Numbered from the stretch's first letter, positions 1 to 9,824 are shown. The stretch is DNA of 64,000 nucleotides from Planctomycetota bacterium (GCA_038213805.1 JBBQSO010000016.1:1-64000), one strand, 5' to 3'. Program-made: numbers and translations. Notes: a model not told the origin generated them from the sequence alone.

Positions 1-891
1 GGGCAGGCCGGCGGGGGGCAGGGCGAAGGGCCAGCGCGCGCGCGGTGGCGGGTTGGTCGGCAGCTGCATGCGCAGCGGGTATTCGCCGTTCAAAGCGACG
101 GCCTCGGCCGCCTCCAGGCCGTGGACGGCGAGCAGGTAGCGGTGCCCGCCCGCGATCGGCAGCATCAGGGCGTCGATGGCCGTCACCCCGCCGGGCATGC
201 GCCCCGCGGGCAGACCGCAATCGTGCGGCGTGAAGCCGGTCACCTGCAGCCAGCCGGCAGCATCCGGGGTGCGACCCAGCGTCCGGCAACCCTGGGCCAC
301 GGCGGTGGCCAGTTCGTCGGCGACGAGGTGGTCGAGCGGGCTCGGCCGCGTCGGCCGCCAACCGCTGCGCTGCCAGGTCCAGAAGTGCAGGATCGACGCG
401 GCTGGGTCATAGCTGGCGAAAATACCCGCGCCGCGCCGCGGATCTTCGTACATGCGGCTCTGCACGGCGGCGCCGGTGCTCGGCCGCCACCAATCCGGGA
501 CGCGCGCCGGATCGGCGTCGTCACCCCACGGCCAGTCCGCCGGCGGGCGATCGTCGGCGGGCCGGCGGCTGCCGCGTGGGAACGAGAACAGCCGCGCCAC
601 GTCGGCGGCCGCGATATGGCAGCGGACGGCGTTGATGGTGCCGCGCGCATCGTCGACGGTGTGCATGCTGATGTCTGACCACGATGCCGGCTCGCGCCCG
701 GTCAGGTGGAAGCCGTGGCTGGCGAGCTCGCCCGCCGCGAGGTGCTCGAAGGCGATATTTGCCCAGCCCTGGCGCTGGCGGTCTGCCGACGCGTCCGCTG
801 CACGCTTGCCGACCAGCCACAGCCCCCCCACCAATCCAACCGCCACCGCGACGGTCAGGACCAGGAGCTGGACTGGGGAGCGCGCGGCCAT
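1..891 (-). CDS. Hypothetical membrane-anchored protein (partial, runs off window start)
   Basis: Manual translation from ATG at 891 (MAARSPVQLLVLTVAVAVGLVGGLWLVGKR...) is open to position 1 with GC3-rich codons and an N-terminal hydrophobic segment. It is absent from the ORF track because there is no stop in the window. Confidence 0.7.
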   Translation of the reverse strand, partial: MAARSPVQLLVLTVAVAVGLVGGLWLVGKRAADASADRQRQGWANIAFEHLAAGELASHGFHLTGREPASWSDISMHTVDDARGTINAVRCHIAAADVARLFSFPRGSRRPADDRPPADWPWGDDADPARVPDWWRPSTGAAVQSRMYEDPRRGAGIFASYDPAASILHFWTWQRSGWRPTRPSPLDHLVADELATAVAQGCRTLGRTPDAAGWLQVTGFTPHDCGLPAGRMPGGVTAIDALMLPIAGGHRYLLAVHGLEAAEAVALNGEYPLRMQLPTNPPPRARWPFALPPAGLP

Positions 892-990
892 GGGCGCGGA
901 TGGTGGCGGCTGGCATGCTGGAGGAAACCGGGGACCGCTCCCGGATGCCTGCCCCTTGCCCCCCACTCCCACCCACCATCCTCCCCCCGC

Positions 991-1779
991 ATGCTTCCGC
1001 CGGTGATCGACACCCATTGCCACCTGACCCACCAGCGCTTCGCTGGCGATCTCGAGGCAGTGCTGGAGCGGGTGCGCGCGGCCGGGGTGAAGCGGGTCAT
1101 CACCATCGGCACCTCGGTCGCCGATGCGCGCCTGTGTCAGGCGCTGGCGCAGCGGCACCCAGGTCTGATCAGCTGCGCGGCCGGTCTCGACCCTTTCGCG
1201 GTGCACGCAGCCGGCGCTGATTTTGCGAGCGAGTTCGCCGCGCTCGCGGTGCTGCTACGCGGAGGCGCTTTCTGCGCACTCGGCGAGATCGGGCTGGAAT
1301 ACCACCACCAGCTCTCCGACCATGCCGTGCAGATCGCCGCCTTCGAACAGCAGCTCGACCTCGCGGTCGAGCTCGACCTGCCGATCGTCATCCACAGCCG
1401 CGACGCCCATCCCGACATGCGCACGGTGCTGGCGCGCCACCCCCGCAACCGCGGCGTGATCCACAGTTTCACCGGCACGGTCGCGGACGCGCGCGGCTTC
1501 CTCGACCTGGGCTGGCACCTCAGCTTCAATGGCATGGTCACCTTCAAGGCCAACGACGAACTGCGCGCCGCCGTGGCCATGGTGCCCGCTGACCGCCTGC
1601 TGGTCGAGACCGACAGTCCCTATCTGGCGCCCATGCCGCGCCGCGGCCAGCGCTGCGAACCATCCTGGGTGCTGGATACCTTGCAGCTCATCGCCGAGGT
1701 GCGCGGCGAGCGCGCCGAGGACGTCGCCGCCTGGACCACGCGCAACGCCGGGCTGCTGTTCCGCCTGCCCGCACCCTGA
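991..1779 (+). CDS. tatD: TatD-family hydrolase/DNase
   Basis: IDTHCHL, GEIGLEY, IHSR, IHSF and LVETDSPYLAP motifs; start moved to ATG 991. Confidence 0.93.
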   Translation: MLPPVIDTHCHLTHQRFAGDLEAVLERVRAAGVKRVITIGTSVADARLCQALAQRHPGLISCAAGLDPFAVHAAGADFASEFAALAVLLRGGAFCALGEIGLEYHHQLSDHAVQIAAFEQQLDLAVELDLPIVIHSRDAHPDMRTVLARHPRNRGVIHSFTGTVADARGFLDLGWHLSFNGMVTFKANDELRAAVAMVPADRLLVETDSPYLAPMPRRGQRCEPSWVLDTLQLIAEVRGERAEDVAAWTTRNAGLLFRLPAP

Positions 1780-1782
1780 GCC

Positions 1783-2265
1783 GTGCATCTCGCGCTCTAC
1801 CAGCCGCAGATCCCGGGCAACACCGGCACCATCGGCCGCATGTGCGTGGGTCTGGACACCGCGCTGCACATCATCGGGCCGTGCGCCTTCGACTTCAGCG
1901 ACAAGGCGCTGCGTCGCGCGGGGCTCGACTACTGGCCCCATCTGCGCTGGACCCTGCATGCGGATCCCGCGGCCTTCCTCGCCTGGCTTGGGGACCGCCA
2001 GCCATGGCTGGTGACCAAGCACGGGGCCCTGCGCTACGACCGGCCGGCCTACGACCGCGAGGCGGTGATCATCCTCGGGAACGAGGTGCGCGGTCTGCCC
2101 GCGGACTGGCATCGCCGCTGGGCGGGGCGCTGCGTGCACCTGCCGATCATCGGCCCGGTGCGCTCCTACAACCTTGCCAACACCGCCGCGGTGGTGCTGA
2201 CCCACGCTGTGGTGGCCAGCGGGATGAGCGATGGCTATACGCCGTCGCAGCTGCCCGCAGAGTAA
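1783..2265 (+). CDS. trmL: tRNA (cytidine/uridine-34-2'-O)-methyltransferase, SPOUT family
   Basis: LYQPQIPGNTGTIGR, LRRAGLDYW, GNEVRGLP and RSYNLAN motifs. Confidence 0.92.
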   Translation: MHLALYQPQIPGNTGTIGRMCVGLDTALHIIGPCAFDFSDKALRRAGLDYWPHLRWTLHADPAAFLAWLGDRQPWLVTKHGALRYDRPAYDREAVIILGNEVRGLPADWHRRWAGRCVHLPIIGPVRSYNLANTAAVVLTHAVVASGMSDGYTPSQLPAE

Positions 2266-2300
2266 TGTAACATTTTGTCACATAATATCTTATGTATATC
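2265..2300. promoter_or_regulatory. AT-rich putative promoter/operator upstream of the hybrid kinase
   Basis: ATGTAACATTTTGTCACAT is an imperfect palindrome and also a TGTAACA/TGTCACA direct repeat with 10-bp period, in an AT-rich patch of a GC-rich genome. Confidence 0.35.
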
Positions 2301-2377
2301 GCCCTGAGAAGGCGCGCTGGTTAGGCGGCCATCCCCGGTTTGGAGGACGGGGGTTCTTCGTGCATACTCACCCACCC

Positions 2378-5077
2378 ATGCCGGACTTCCGCCGCTGCCG
2401 ACCGCAGCAGCCGACGCGCCCCCGCGTCCATGCGCTCTTCATCGTCGTCGCCCTGCTGGGCGCCGCCATGGGGATGCTGCGCGCCACCGATCTGCAGCCG
2501 GTGACCCTGCAGCTGAAATACCACCACCAGTTCCAGTTCGCCGGTTACTACGCCGCCGACCTGCGTGGCTTTTACCGCGACGAGGGCCTGCTCGTCACCA
2601 TCGACGAGCTGCAACCCGGTGTCGACCTCAACACCGAATTGAGCACCGGCCACTGCGACTTCGCCGCCTCAGGCTCGCGCCTGTTCACGCAGTGGTCCGA
2701 AGGCCAGGACCTGTTCCTGGTCGCGATCATCTGCCAGCGCAACCCCATCCAGATGCTGGTGCGCCCGGACAGCCCCTACCACAGCCTGCGCGACATCCTT
2801 GAGCTGCCCAAGGCGCGCATGGCCGGGCCGGTCGACTCCCGCGACGTAGAGGTCTGGCTCAGCCTCAAGCTGCTCGGCAAGGATCCAGTGAACTTCTTCA
2901 CCCCGCGCGGCGACGGCGACCTCGCGCGCTTCGCCGCCGGCGACTTGGACGTGCTGTCCTGCTATGCGACCAACGAGGTATTGACCTTGCGCACCCAGGG
3001 CGTGCCGTTCCGGCCCCTGACCCTGCTGCCGCGCACCACCATCTTCCCCGGCGACCTGCTGATCTGCCGCGGCGAGACCGCGCGCGCGCACCCCGACCTG
3101 GTCGCGCGCTTCCGGCGCGCCAGCCTGCGCGGCTGGGCTTATGCGCTCGGCCACACCAACGAGCTGGTCGACCACATCATCGCGCACCGCCCCAGCCGCT
3201 ATCAAGTCAACGAGCGCCGCCACCTGCTCGACGAGGCCACAGCCCTGGCCGAGTACATCGATGCCGACCGCTTCCCCCTTGGCGAGGTGCGTAGCGAGCG
3301 CGTGGTCGGCATCGCTGGACTGCTCAGCGAGGCCGGCCTGCCTACCCACGTCGACGAGGGCCTCTACTGGCACGAGCCGTCCAATCTGACCCGCGGGCTG
3401 ATCGCACTGGGCGGCGGCCTGGCCTTCGCCACCGCCGGCTGCTGCCTGCTGGCGTGGTGGTTGCTGCGCCAGCAGCGCCATCACCGCGAAGACTGGAGCC
3501 ACTACCAGAACCTGGTCGACGGCGGCGACGGCTACCTCGCCTTCCGCGCGCGCGTGCTGCCGGGCGGACGGCTGGTGCCGGAACTCGCCAGCGCCTCGAT
3601 GGCGCACCTGCTCGGCTACCCGCTCGAGGTCTACCAGGCGGACATGGGCCGGCTGTGCGCACAGCTGCCTGATGCGGAGCACGCCGGTTTCCGCGAGCTG
3701 CTCGCCGCGCTCGAGGGCCGCGACCGCACCTCCTTCCGCTTCCGCTTCCGCCTCACCCACCCGCTGCACGAGCGGCCGCGCCACCTGATACTGCACGCCG
3801 CCACGGTGGTCACCGCGCGCGGCCTGTTCCTGGACGGTATCATCACCGACTTCACCGCCGAAGCCGAGGCCGAGCAGGAGCGCCAGCGCCTGCAGCAGCA
3901 GCTGCAGCTCGCCCAGCGCAACGAGAGCCTCGGCCTGCTCGCTGGCGGCGTGGCGCACGACTTCAACAACCTGCTCAGCGCCATCCGCGGCAACGGCGAA
4001 CTGCTCTCTGACACCGTCACCGAGCGCGGCAAACCGCGCCTCGACCGCCTGATGCAGGCGGTCGACCGCGCCTCGGGCCTGGTGCGGCAGATCCTCGCCT
4101 ACGCCGGCCGCGGCACCATCGAGAGCCGGCCGCTGGACTTGCGCCAGGAGATCAGCCAGATCAACGGGCTGATCAAGCACGCGCTGCCGGCCGCGGTGGC
4201 GACCACCCTGACGCTCGCCGACGGGGTGCGGCCGGTGCTCTTCGATCCGGCGCAGTTCCAGCAGGTGGTGGTCAACCTGATCATGAACGCTGCAGAGAGC
4301 TTCGAGGGCGCGCCCGGCACGGTCGCGATCGCCCTGGACGGTGACGGCGAGACCGTGCGCCTGACCATCAGCGACCAGGGCTGTGGCATGGACGACGCCA
4401 CCATGGCGCGCATCTTCGATCCCTACTTCACCACCAAATCCAACGGCCATGGTCTGGGGCTCGCCGCGGTGCAGGGCATCATGCGCGGCGTGGGCGGCGA
4501 GATCCGCTGCGCGTCCACGCGCAGCGTCGGCACCACCTTCACGCTGCTCATGCACGCCTTCACCCGACCGCTGGTCCCGGCGCGCTTCCCCACCCCGCCC
4601 GACGCGCCGACCGCAGCCCAGCAGGTGCTGGTCGTCGATGACGACGATCTGGTGCGGCAGATGACGGTGGAGATGCTTGGCGGCATGGGCTTCGCATGCC
4701 GCGAGGCCGACAGCGGCCTGGAATGTCAGAGCCAGCTGCGCGGCAACCGTCAGGCGCTGTGCGCGCTGGTGCTGGACTGCCGGCTGGGAGATCTCGACGG
4801 CATCGACATCCTCGCCGACCTGCGCGCGCGCGGCGACCGCATCCCGGTAGTACTGATGAGCGGCATGATCAGCGCCGAGAACCTCAGCCGCCAGCTCTAC
4901 GACCAGCGCACGCGCTTCCTGCCCAAGCCGTTCAGCCAGGCGCAGCTGCGCGCCGTGCTTGATGGCCTCTTCCAGCGCGATGCCAGCTCGCTCGGCCGCG
5001 CCGCCGCCACCGTCACCGACGTGGTGCGCGAGCGCCACCGCGAGGAGAGTAGCCGGGACTGGGGCCGCACGGAATGA
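2378..5077 (+). CDS. Hybrid sensor histidine kinase: NMT1/THI5-like substrate-binding domain, TM helix, HisKA, HATPase, receiver
   Basis: VTLQLKYHHQFQFAGYYAA (NMT1-like), LAGGVAHDFNNLL (H-box), NLIMNA, DQGCGM, FDPYFTTK, GLGLA, VLVVDDD receiver; exact start uncertain. Confidence 0.9.
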   Translation: MPDFRRCRPQQPTRPRVHALFIVVALLGAAMGMLRATDLQPVTLQLKYHHQFQFAGYYAADLRGFYRDEGLLVTIDELQPGVDLNTELSTGHCDFAASGSRLFTQWSEGQDLFLVAIICQRNPIQMLVRPDSPYHSLRDILELPKARMAGPVDSRDVEVWLSLKLLGKDPVNFFTPRGDGDLARFAAGDLDVLSCYATNEVLTLRTQGVPFRPLTLLPRTTIFPGDLLICRGETARAHPDLVARFRRASLRGWAYALGHTNELVDHIIAHRPSRYQVNERRHLLDEATALAEYIDADRFPLGEVRSERVVGIAGLLSEAGLPTHVDEGLYWHEPSNLTRGLIALGGGLAFATAGCCLLAWWLLRQQRHHREDWSHYQNLVDGGDGYLAFRARVLPGGRLVPELASASMAHLLGYPLEVYQADMGRLCAQLPDAEHAGFRELLAALEGRDRTSFRFRFRLTHPLHERPRHLILHAATVVTARGLFLDGIITDFTAEAEAEQERQRLQQQLQLAQRNESLGLLAGGVAHDFNNLLSAIRGNGELLSDTVTERGKPRLDRLMQAVDRASGLVRQILAYAGRGTIESRPLDLRQEISQINGLIKHALPAAVATTLTLADGVRPVLFDPAQFQQVVVNLIMNAAESFEGAPGTVAIALDGDGETVRLTISDQGCGMDDATMARIFDPYFTTKSNGHGLGLAAVQGIMRGVGGEIRCASTRSVGTTFTLLMHAFTRPLVPARFPTPPDAPTAAQQVLVVDDDDLVRQMTVEMLGGMGFACREADSGLECQSQLRGNRQALCALVLDCRLGDLDGIDILADLRARGDRIPVVLMSGMISAENLSRQLYDQRTRFLPKPFSQAQLRAVLDGLFQRDASSLGRAAATVTDVVRERHREESSRDWGRTE

Positions 5078-5080
5078 TCT

Positions 5081-5314
5081 TCGGAAGGGACGGATAAAAC
5101 AGGAGGCGCGGAGACGCGGAGGGAAGATGAGGACGGCTCGATGGATTGGATAAACGCCCCAGCCGCGCCGATCAATTCGCCACAACCCGTCATGCCGTCG
5201 GAAGGGACGGATAAAACAGGAGGCGCGGAGACGCGGAGGGAAGATGAGGACGGCTCGATGGCTTGGATAAACGCCCCAGCCGCGCCGATCAATTCGCCAC
5301 AACCCCTCATGCCG
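5081..5314. repeat. 117-bp tandem duplication (2 copies, 2 mismatches) containing the left arm of a MITE/REP-like element
   Basis: Copies at 5081-5197 and 5198-5314 differ only at GGATTGG/GGCTTGG and CCCGTC/CCCCTC. Confidence 0.95.
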
Positions 5315-5381
5315 AATGCCATCGCCAAGACGTTGTCATGCGCCGGCCCAATCCCGCCCCGCCTGCTTCCCCTCCTCCGAT

Positions 5382-5411
5382 CTCCGCGTCTCCGCGTCTC
5401 TTGTTCTATCC
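5382..5411. repeat. Right arm of the MITE/REP-like element (inverted relative to 5092-5121 and 5209-5238)
   Basis: CTCCGCGTCTCCGCGTCTCTTGTTCTATCC is the reverse complement of GGATAAAACAGGAGGCGCGGAGACGCGGAG with 3 mismatches. Confidence 0.85.
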
Positions 5412-5430
5412 TGCTCCTTCCCCTCGTCCC

Positions 5431-6714
5431 TCAACGCCCGCCACGCTGGCGGAGGAGCTCGACCACCGACGGGTGCCCAGCCGTCATCGCGACGGTGAGC
5501 GGCGTCCAGCCGTTGTCGGCCTTGGCGTTGATGTCGGCGCCGAGCTGCAGGACCAGGTCGACCATCTCCACCTTGCCGCGGTTGGCGGCGAGGTGCAGGG
5601 GCGTCCAGCCGGAGGTGTTGCGCACGTTGAGATAGGCGCCCATGCCGGTGAGGGCCTTCACCATCGCGATGGCCGAGGCGTCGACGGCGAGATGTGCCGG
5701 GGTGTTGCCCTCGACATCCTTGGCGGTGACCGTGCCGCCCTTGGCGAACAGCAGCTGCGCGGCCGCGACCTTGTCCTTCTTCGCCGCCAGGTGCAGGGGC
5801 GTGGAGCCGTCGCGCGCCTTGGCGTTGACGTCGGCCCCGCGTGCGAGCAGCATCTCGACCAGCTCGACGCGCCCGAAGAACGCGGCGCTGTGCAGTTTGG
5901 TCCATTCCAGGCTGTCGCGCGCATGGATGTCGAGCGCGGCCGCATCGGCGACCGGCGTCGCTGCGACCGCCGACACGGAGGGCGGCGGCAGCGGCACGCC
6001 GCCGAGCTGGCGCAGCAGCGCCGCGATCGACGGCGGCTGGCCGTGCTCGCCCGCGCCCTGCTCCAGGCCGCGGCGCTTGAGTTCGGCCTCGACCAGGGCG
6101 CGGCAGCTGAGCAGTTCGTCCTCCTGCCAGGACTTCGACAATTCGCTGACCTCGAGCTGGGCGCGCAGCTGCTGGCAGCGCGTCATCAGCTCGTCGACGC
6201 GCTCGGTGAAGTCGCGGAAGCGGTTCTCTTCGAAGCGCAGCAGGTTCTCCAGCATCTGCCGGCTGGTGACCAGATCGGGCTGCACGCCCGGACCGAGCTG
6301 GGCGAGACGCTGTGCCACTGCCGCGCCGGCCTCGAGATAGTGCGGCAATTCGAACTCGCGCTCGTCGTCGCGGAAGCGCGCGAAGAACTCGGCCCAGCCG
6401 CGCAGCACGAGCTGCTCAAGGCCGAATGCGGGCAGCTCGTGCTGGGCTTCGGCAGGCAGGCTCGAGACATCGCCGAAGGGCACGATGGGGGCGTGATCAT
6501 CGTCCAGGCCGGCCGGCGCGGCGGGGAAAGGGATACCGGGGTTGGCGGCAGGCACCGCCACGGGCGCAGGCGACGCCACTGCGGAAGGAGCGGGGTCGTG
6601 GGCATCGGCGTGCGCGGGCTCGCGCGCCGCGGCCGCTTCCGCTTCCGCCTGGGCGGCCTGGGCGGCCTGCCGCATGCGGTTCCAACGGTCGGTCAAACGG
6701 TTGCGGATGTTCAT
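5431..6714 (-). CDS. Ankyrin-repeat protein with N-terminal helical/coiled-coil domain
   Basis: About 5 ankyrin repeats (GSTPLHLAA, GNTPAHLAV, GWTPLHLAA, GADINAK); start at MNIRNRL assumed. Confidence 0.88.
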   Translation of the reverse strand: MNIRNRLTDRWNRMRQAAQAAQAEAEAAAAREPAHADAHDPAPSAVASPAPVAVPAANPGIPFPAAPAGLDDDHAPIVPFGDVSSLPAEAQHELPAFGLEQLVLRGWAEFFARFRDDEREFELPHYLEAGAAVAQRLAQLGPGVQPDLVTSRQMLENLLRFEENRFRDFTERVDELMTRCQQLRAQLEVSELSKSWQEDELLSCRALVEAELKRRGLEQGAGEHGQPPSIAALLRQLGGVPLPPPSVSAVAATPVADAAALDIHARDSLEWTKLHSAAFFGRVELVEMLLARGADVNAKARDGSTPLHLAAKKDKVAAAQLLFAKGGTVTAKDVEGNTPAHLAVDASAIAMVKALTGMGAYLNVRNTSGWTPLHLAANRGKVEMVDLVLQLGADINAKADNGWTPLTVAMTAGHPSVVELLRQRGGR

Positions 6715-6823
6715 CACGAGCAAGTTCCTGACACGGCGTCCGGGCCGGTGGGCCCGATATCGGCAGTGGCGTTGCGTTTTATTCTGGCATTGCCCGCAGC
6801 CGGTACAGCCCCTAGTTTCCGCC

Positions 6824-7204
6824 ATGAATTCCTATGTCGCCATCGCCCTTGGCAGCGCCCTCGGCGGCATGCTGCGCTACGCGCTCGCCAGCGCGATCGA
6901 CCTGCGTTGGGAACACGGCGTGCCGTCCTGGATCGGCACCGCGGTGGTCAACGTCGTGGGCTGCTTCGCGATCGGCCTGGCATCAGCATTCAGCGACCGC
7001 GAATGGGTGAGACTGTTCGTCATGGTCGGTATTCTCGGCGGCTTCACCACGTTTTCTTCGTTCGGTCTGCACGCCATCCGCCTCGCCGACCAGCAGCGCT
7101 GGGGCGCGGCCGGGCTGTGCGTCCTGCTCTCAGTCGGACTGTGCCTGGTGGCGGTGTGGCTGGGCATGGCGACGATGCGCGGGATGAGGCCGCTCGCCGG
7201 GTGA
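6824..7204 (+). CDS. crcB: Fluoride efflux channel FluC/CrcB
   Basis: IALGSALGGMLRY, GTAVVNVVGCF and GILGGFTTFSSF motifs; 126 aa with 4 TM segments. Confidence 0.93.
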   Translation: MNSYVAIALGSALGGMLRYALASAIDLRWEHGVPSWIGTAVVNVVGCFAIGLASAFSDREWVRLFVMVGILGGFTTFSSFGLHAIRLADQQRWGAAGLCVLLSVGLCLVAVWLGMATMRGMRPLAG

Positions 7205-7337
7205 GCGTCGGTTCGCTGTTTGTGGAGAGTCCCGTGATGAGCTTCTCGCCCGAGGAGCGGCAGCCTCGCGATTTCTGACCTTTGCCGCGCGACTGCAGGG
7301 TGCGTAGCAGATCCGATAGCAAGGCGTGGACATCGCC

Positions 7338-7403
7338 CTGGGAGCGCCGAGCCCCAGCTCGGCTGGCTGCTTGCGAGCCGAGCCGGCGCTCGGCGCTCCC
7401 AGG
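7338..7403. repeat. REP-like long palindrome
   Basis: CCTGGGAGCGCCGAGCCCCAGCTCGGC ... GCCGAGCCGGCGCTCGGCGCTCCCAGG; each arm has its own internal hairpin. Confidence 0.75.
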
Positions 7404-7496
7404 TGGGGCTGCACCCGCTCGGGAGTGACCACCTGGATAATGGGGCCCAATGGACGACGCCCTCCGCGCGGCCACCATCGGGGCAGGAGACCTGCG

Positions 7497-7694
7497 ATGA
7501 CATGCTTCGACTACGCGACCGTGGCTTTCACCACCACGACCTTCTGGTCTAACGGCGTGCTCGACCACCAAGCTTTCAACGCCACCCTCAACCGCTACGG
7601 CGCCGAGGGCTGGGACCTGGTCAACGTCTTCGACGTCAACCGCGAAGGCGGCGTCAGCCGCGAGGTGGTCGCTGTGTTCAAGCGGGCGAAGTGA
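7497..7694 (+). CDS. DUF4177-like small protein
   Basis: AGGAGA RBS; LNRYGAEGWDLV...FKR pattern typical of DUF4177. Confidence 0.8.
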   Translation: MTCFDYATVAFTTTTFWSNGVLDHQAFNATLNRYGAEGWDLVNVFDVNREGGVSREVVAVFKRAK

Positions 7695-8062
7695 CCGTGG
7701 TGTCCCACTCCATGATGACGCTGCCCGGCGCGTTCGTGCTCCTGGCAGGAGTGCTTGGTGTCGACTGTCCTGGTGAGGCCCGGGATCCGAACAAAGCGGA
7801 GGCCGATGCCGACCGCATCGTCGCCGACTACGGGCTCACCTGGCAAGGCTCGACCAAGCCACTGCCAGCGGCGGAGCATGCGCCGGACGTCGGCGCTGCC
7901 GCCCAGACGTGCGTGCGCATCGTCAAACCCCCCGAGCACAGCGCGGATGGGTTCACCTACGAAGTCCTGATCATTTCCGGCCAGGGCGTGGCATGGGTGC
8001 ATCGCACCGGTGGGTTCGCGGGACGGCAGGCCTGGTTCGGGCCATTGCCGTTGACGCCATAA
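7691..8062 (+). CDS. Hypothetical secreted protein
   Basis: GTGA overlap with the previous stop, hydrophobic N-terminus, C-terminal TGGFAG motif. Confidence 0.55.
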   Translation: MTVVSHSMMTLPGAFVLLAGVLGVDCPGEARDPNKAEADADRIVADYGLTWQGSTKPLPAAEHAPDVGAAAQTCVRIVKPPEHSADGFTYEVLIISGQGVAWVHRTGGFAGRQAWFGPLPLTP

Positions 8063-8135
8063 ACGGTCCCTGGCAACGAACTCGCCGCCCGGTTCTCGCG
8101 ACTGCCGGCAGAAGCGCTCAGCCGTCCGCCAGACG

Positions 8136-9773
8136 CTACTTACGCACCCACTGCTTGCCGTCCCAAACCTTGCCGTCGAAGCTCGCACCGCCCTGACGGA
8201 CCGGCTTGGCATTCATCGGCTTGTCGGTCGGGGGCGTGGGCCCCTTGCCGTAGGTCTTGCGGGGCGGGCCATCGGCGCCCTGGTCGGCGCGGAAGCCGCC
8301 GCGCGGAGCGCCGTAGCCGCCGCCCGGACGGTAGCCGCCGCCACCGCCGCGATACGGCGGACGGCCGGCACCGGTGCCGCCGCCGACGCTGCGTCCGCGC
8401 GCGAGCACGGCCTCGAGGCGCTGGCCGCTCAGGCCGATGCGGTCGGGGCCGCTGATCGAGCGCTTCTCAAGCATCATCGACAGCAGCTTGGCCGCGACCT
8501 CGGTGACGTCCATCTCATCGCGCAGCTCGGCGAGCAGCTCGACCACGCCCTGGTGCACGGGCTGCTTGCACAGCGCCTTGACCAGCTTGGCGTTCTGGCG
8601 CTTGTGCACGTCGCCGATCGAGGGGATCTCGCCATGCAGGAAGGATGCCTTGATCGCGGTCTGGATGCGGCGCAGCTTCTGGAATTCGTAGCTGGTCGTC
8701 AGGGTGATGGCCTTGCCCTTCTTGCCCGCGCGGCCGGTGCGGCCGATGCGGTGGACGTAGCTTTCCTGGTCGAACGGCATGTGGAAGTTGAAGACGTGGG
8801 TGACGTCCGAGACGTCCAGCCCGCGCGCCGCGACGTCGGTCGCGACCAGCGTGTCGATGGTGCCCTTCTTGAACGCCTGGATGGCGTTCTGGCGCTGGTC
8901 CTGCTCCATGTCGCCGTGCAGCGGGCGCGCGGCCGAACCGCGCGATAGCAGCAGGTTGCAGAGGTCGTCGGTCTCGCGCTTGGTGCGGCAGAAGACGATC
9001 GCCTTGCCCGGCTCCTCGCTGTCGATCAGGCGCAGGATGGCGTCGGCGCGCTCGTGCTCCTCGATGACGTAGAAGAACTGCTCGATGTCGGTCTTGAACT
9101 CGGTCGTCGCGGTGAGGTTGATGGTCACCGGGGTCTTGAGGATCTTCTCGGCCAGGCGCTTGATCAGCGGCGGCATGGTCGCCGAGAACATCAGGGTCTG
9201 CCGCTCGCCGGGCAGGTGCTTGAAGATGCGCTCGATGTCCTCGAGGAAGCCCATGTCGAGCATCTCGTCGGCCTCGTCGAGGATGACGGTCTTCGGCGAG
9301 AAGTTACGCAGGTTCTTGGAGTCGAGGTGGTCGAGCAGGCGGCCGGGCGTGGCGACCACGATGTTGGCGCCGCGGTCGATCATCTCGAGCTGGCGGCGGC
9401 TGGACTGCCCGCCGTAGACCGAGACGGTTTTGGCATTGGCGAAGCGGCCGAGCTTGAAGAGTTCGTCGGCGACCTGGGCAGCGAGCTCGCGCGTGGGCAC
9501 GATGACCAGGATCTCGACGCCCTTCTGCAGGCCCAGACGGTTCATCGCCGGCAGGCCAAAGGCAGCGGTCTTGCCGGTGCCGGTCTGGGCCTGGGCGATG
9601 AGGTCCTGGCCGCTGAGCACCACCGGAATGGCCTGGTACTGGATCGGGCTGGGCACGATGAAACCGGCCTCGGTGACGCCGCGCATGACCTCAGCCTTGA
9701 GGCCGAAGGACGCGAAGGTCAGGTCGACGGGGACGGCAGGGGTGGGAGCGGGGGGCGTGGTCGGATCGGACAT
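8136..9773 (-). CDS. DEAD-box RNA helicase (DeaD/CshA-like) with Gly/Arg-rich tail
   Basis: AQTGTGKT, PTRELA, DEAD, SAT, ARGLD and HRIGRTGR motifs. Confidence 0.96.
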   Translation of the reverse strand: MSDPTTPPAPTPAVPVDLTFASFGLKAEVMRGVTEAGFIVPSPIQYQAIPVVLSGQDLIAQAQTGTGKTAAFGLPAMNRLGLQKGVEILVIVPTRELAAQVADELFKLGRFANAKTVSVYGGQSSRRQLEMIDRGANIVVATPGRLLDHLDSKNLRNFSPKTVILDEADEMLDMGFLEDIERIFKHLPGERQTLMFSATMPPLIKRLAEKILKTPVTINLTATTEFKTDIEQFFYVIEEHERADAILRLIDSEEPGKAIVFCRTKRETDDLCNLLLSRGSAARPLHGDMEQDQRQNAIQAFKKGTIDTLVATDVAARGLDVSDVTHVFNFHMPFDQESYVHRIGRTGRAGKKGKAITLTTSYEFQKLRRIQTAIKASFLHGEIPSIGDVHKRQNAKLVKALCKQPVHQGVVELLAELRDEMDVTEVAAKLLSMMLEKRSISGPDRIGLSGQRLEAVLARGRSVGGGTGAGRPPYRGGGGGYRPGGGYGAPRGGFRADQGADGPPRKTYGKGPTPPTDKPMNAKPVRQGGASFDGKVWDGKQWVRK

Positions 9774-9824
9774 CGTGGCTGCTTTCTGGGCGCACGGTCA
9801 TCGGCTTTGGCCGGGGAAAGGCAA

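Noticed and set aside
2669..5302. 877-aa minus-strand ORF
   Set aside because: Antisense shadow of the hybrid kinase; no motifs, typical of high-GC DNA.
5081..5314. Possible CRISPR array
   Set aside because: It is two near-identical 117-bp units with no unique spacers, and no cas genes are in the window.
6715..6823. Fluoride riboswitch upstream of crcB
   Set aside because: I could not find the GGYGAUGG...UGAUGAC consensus in this short divergent spacer.
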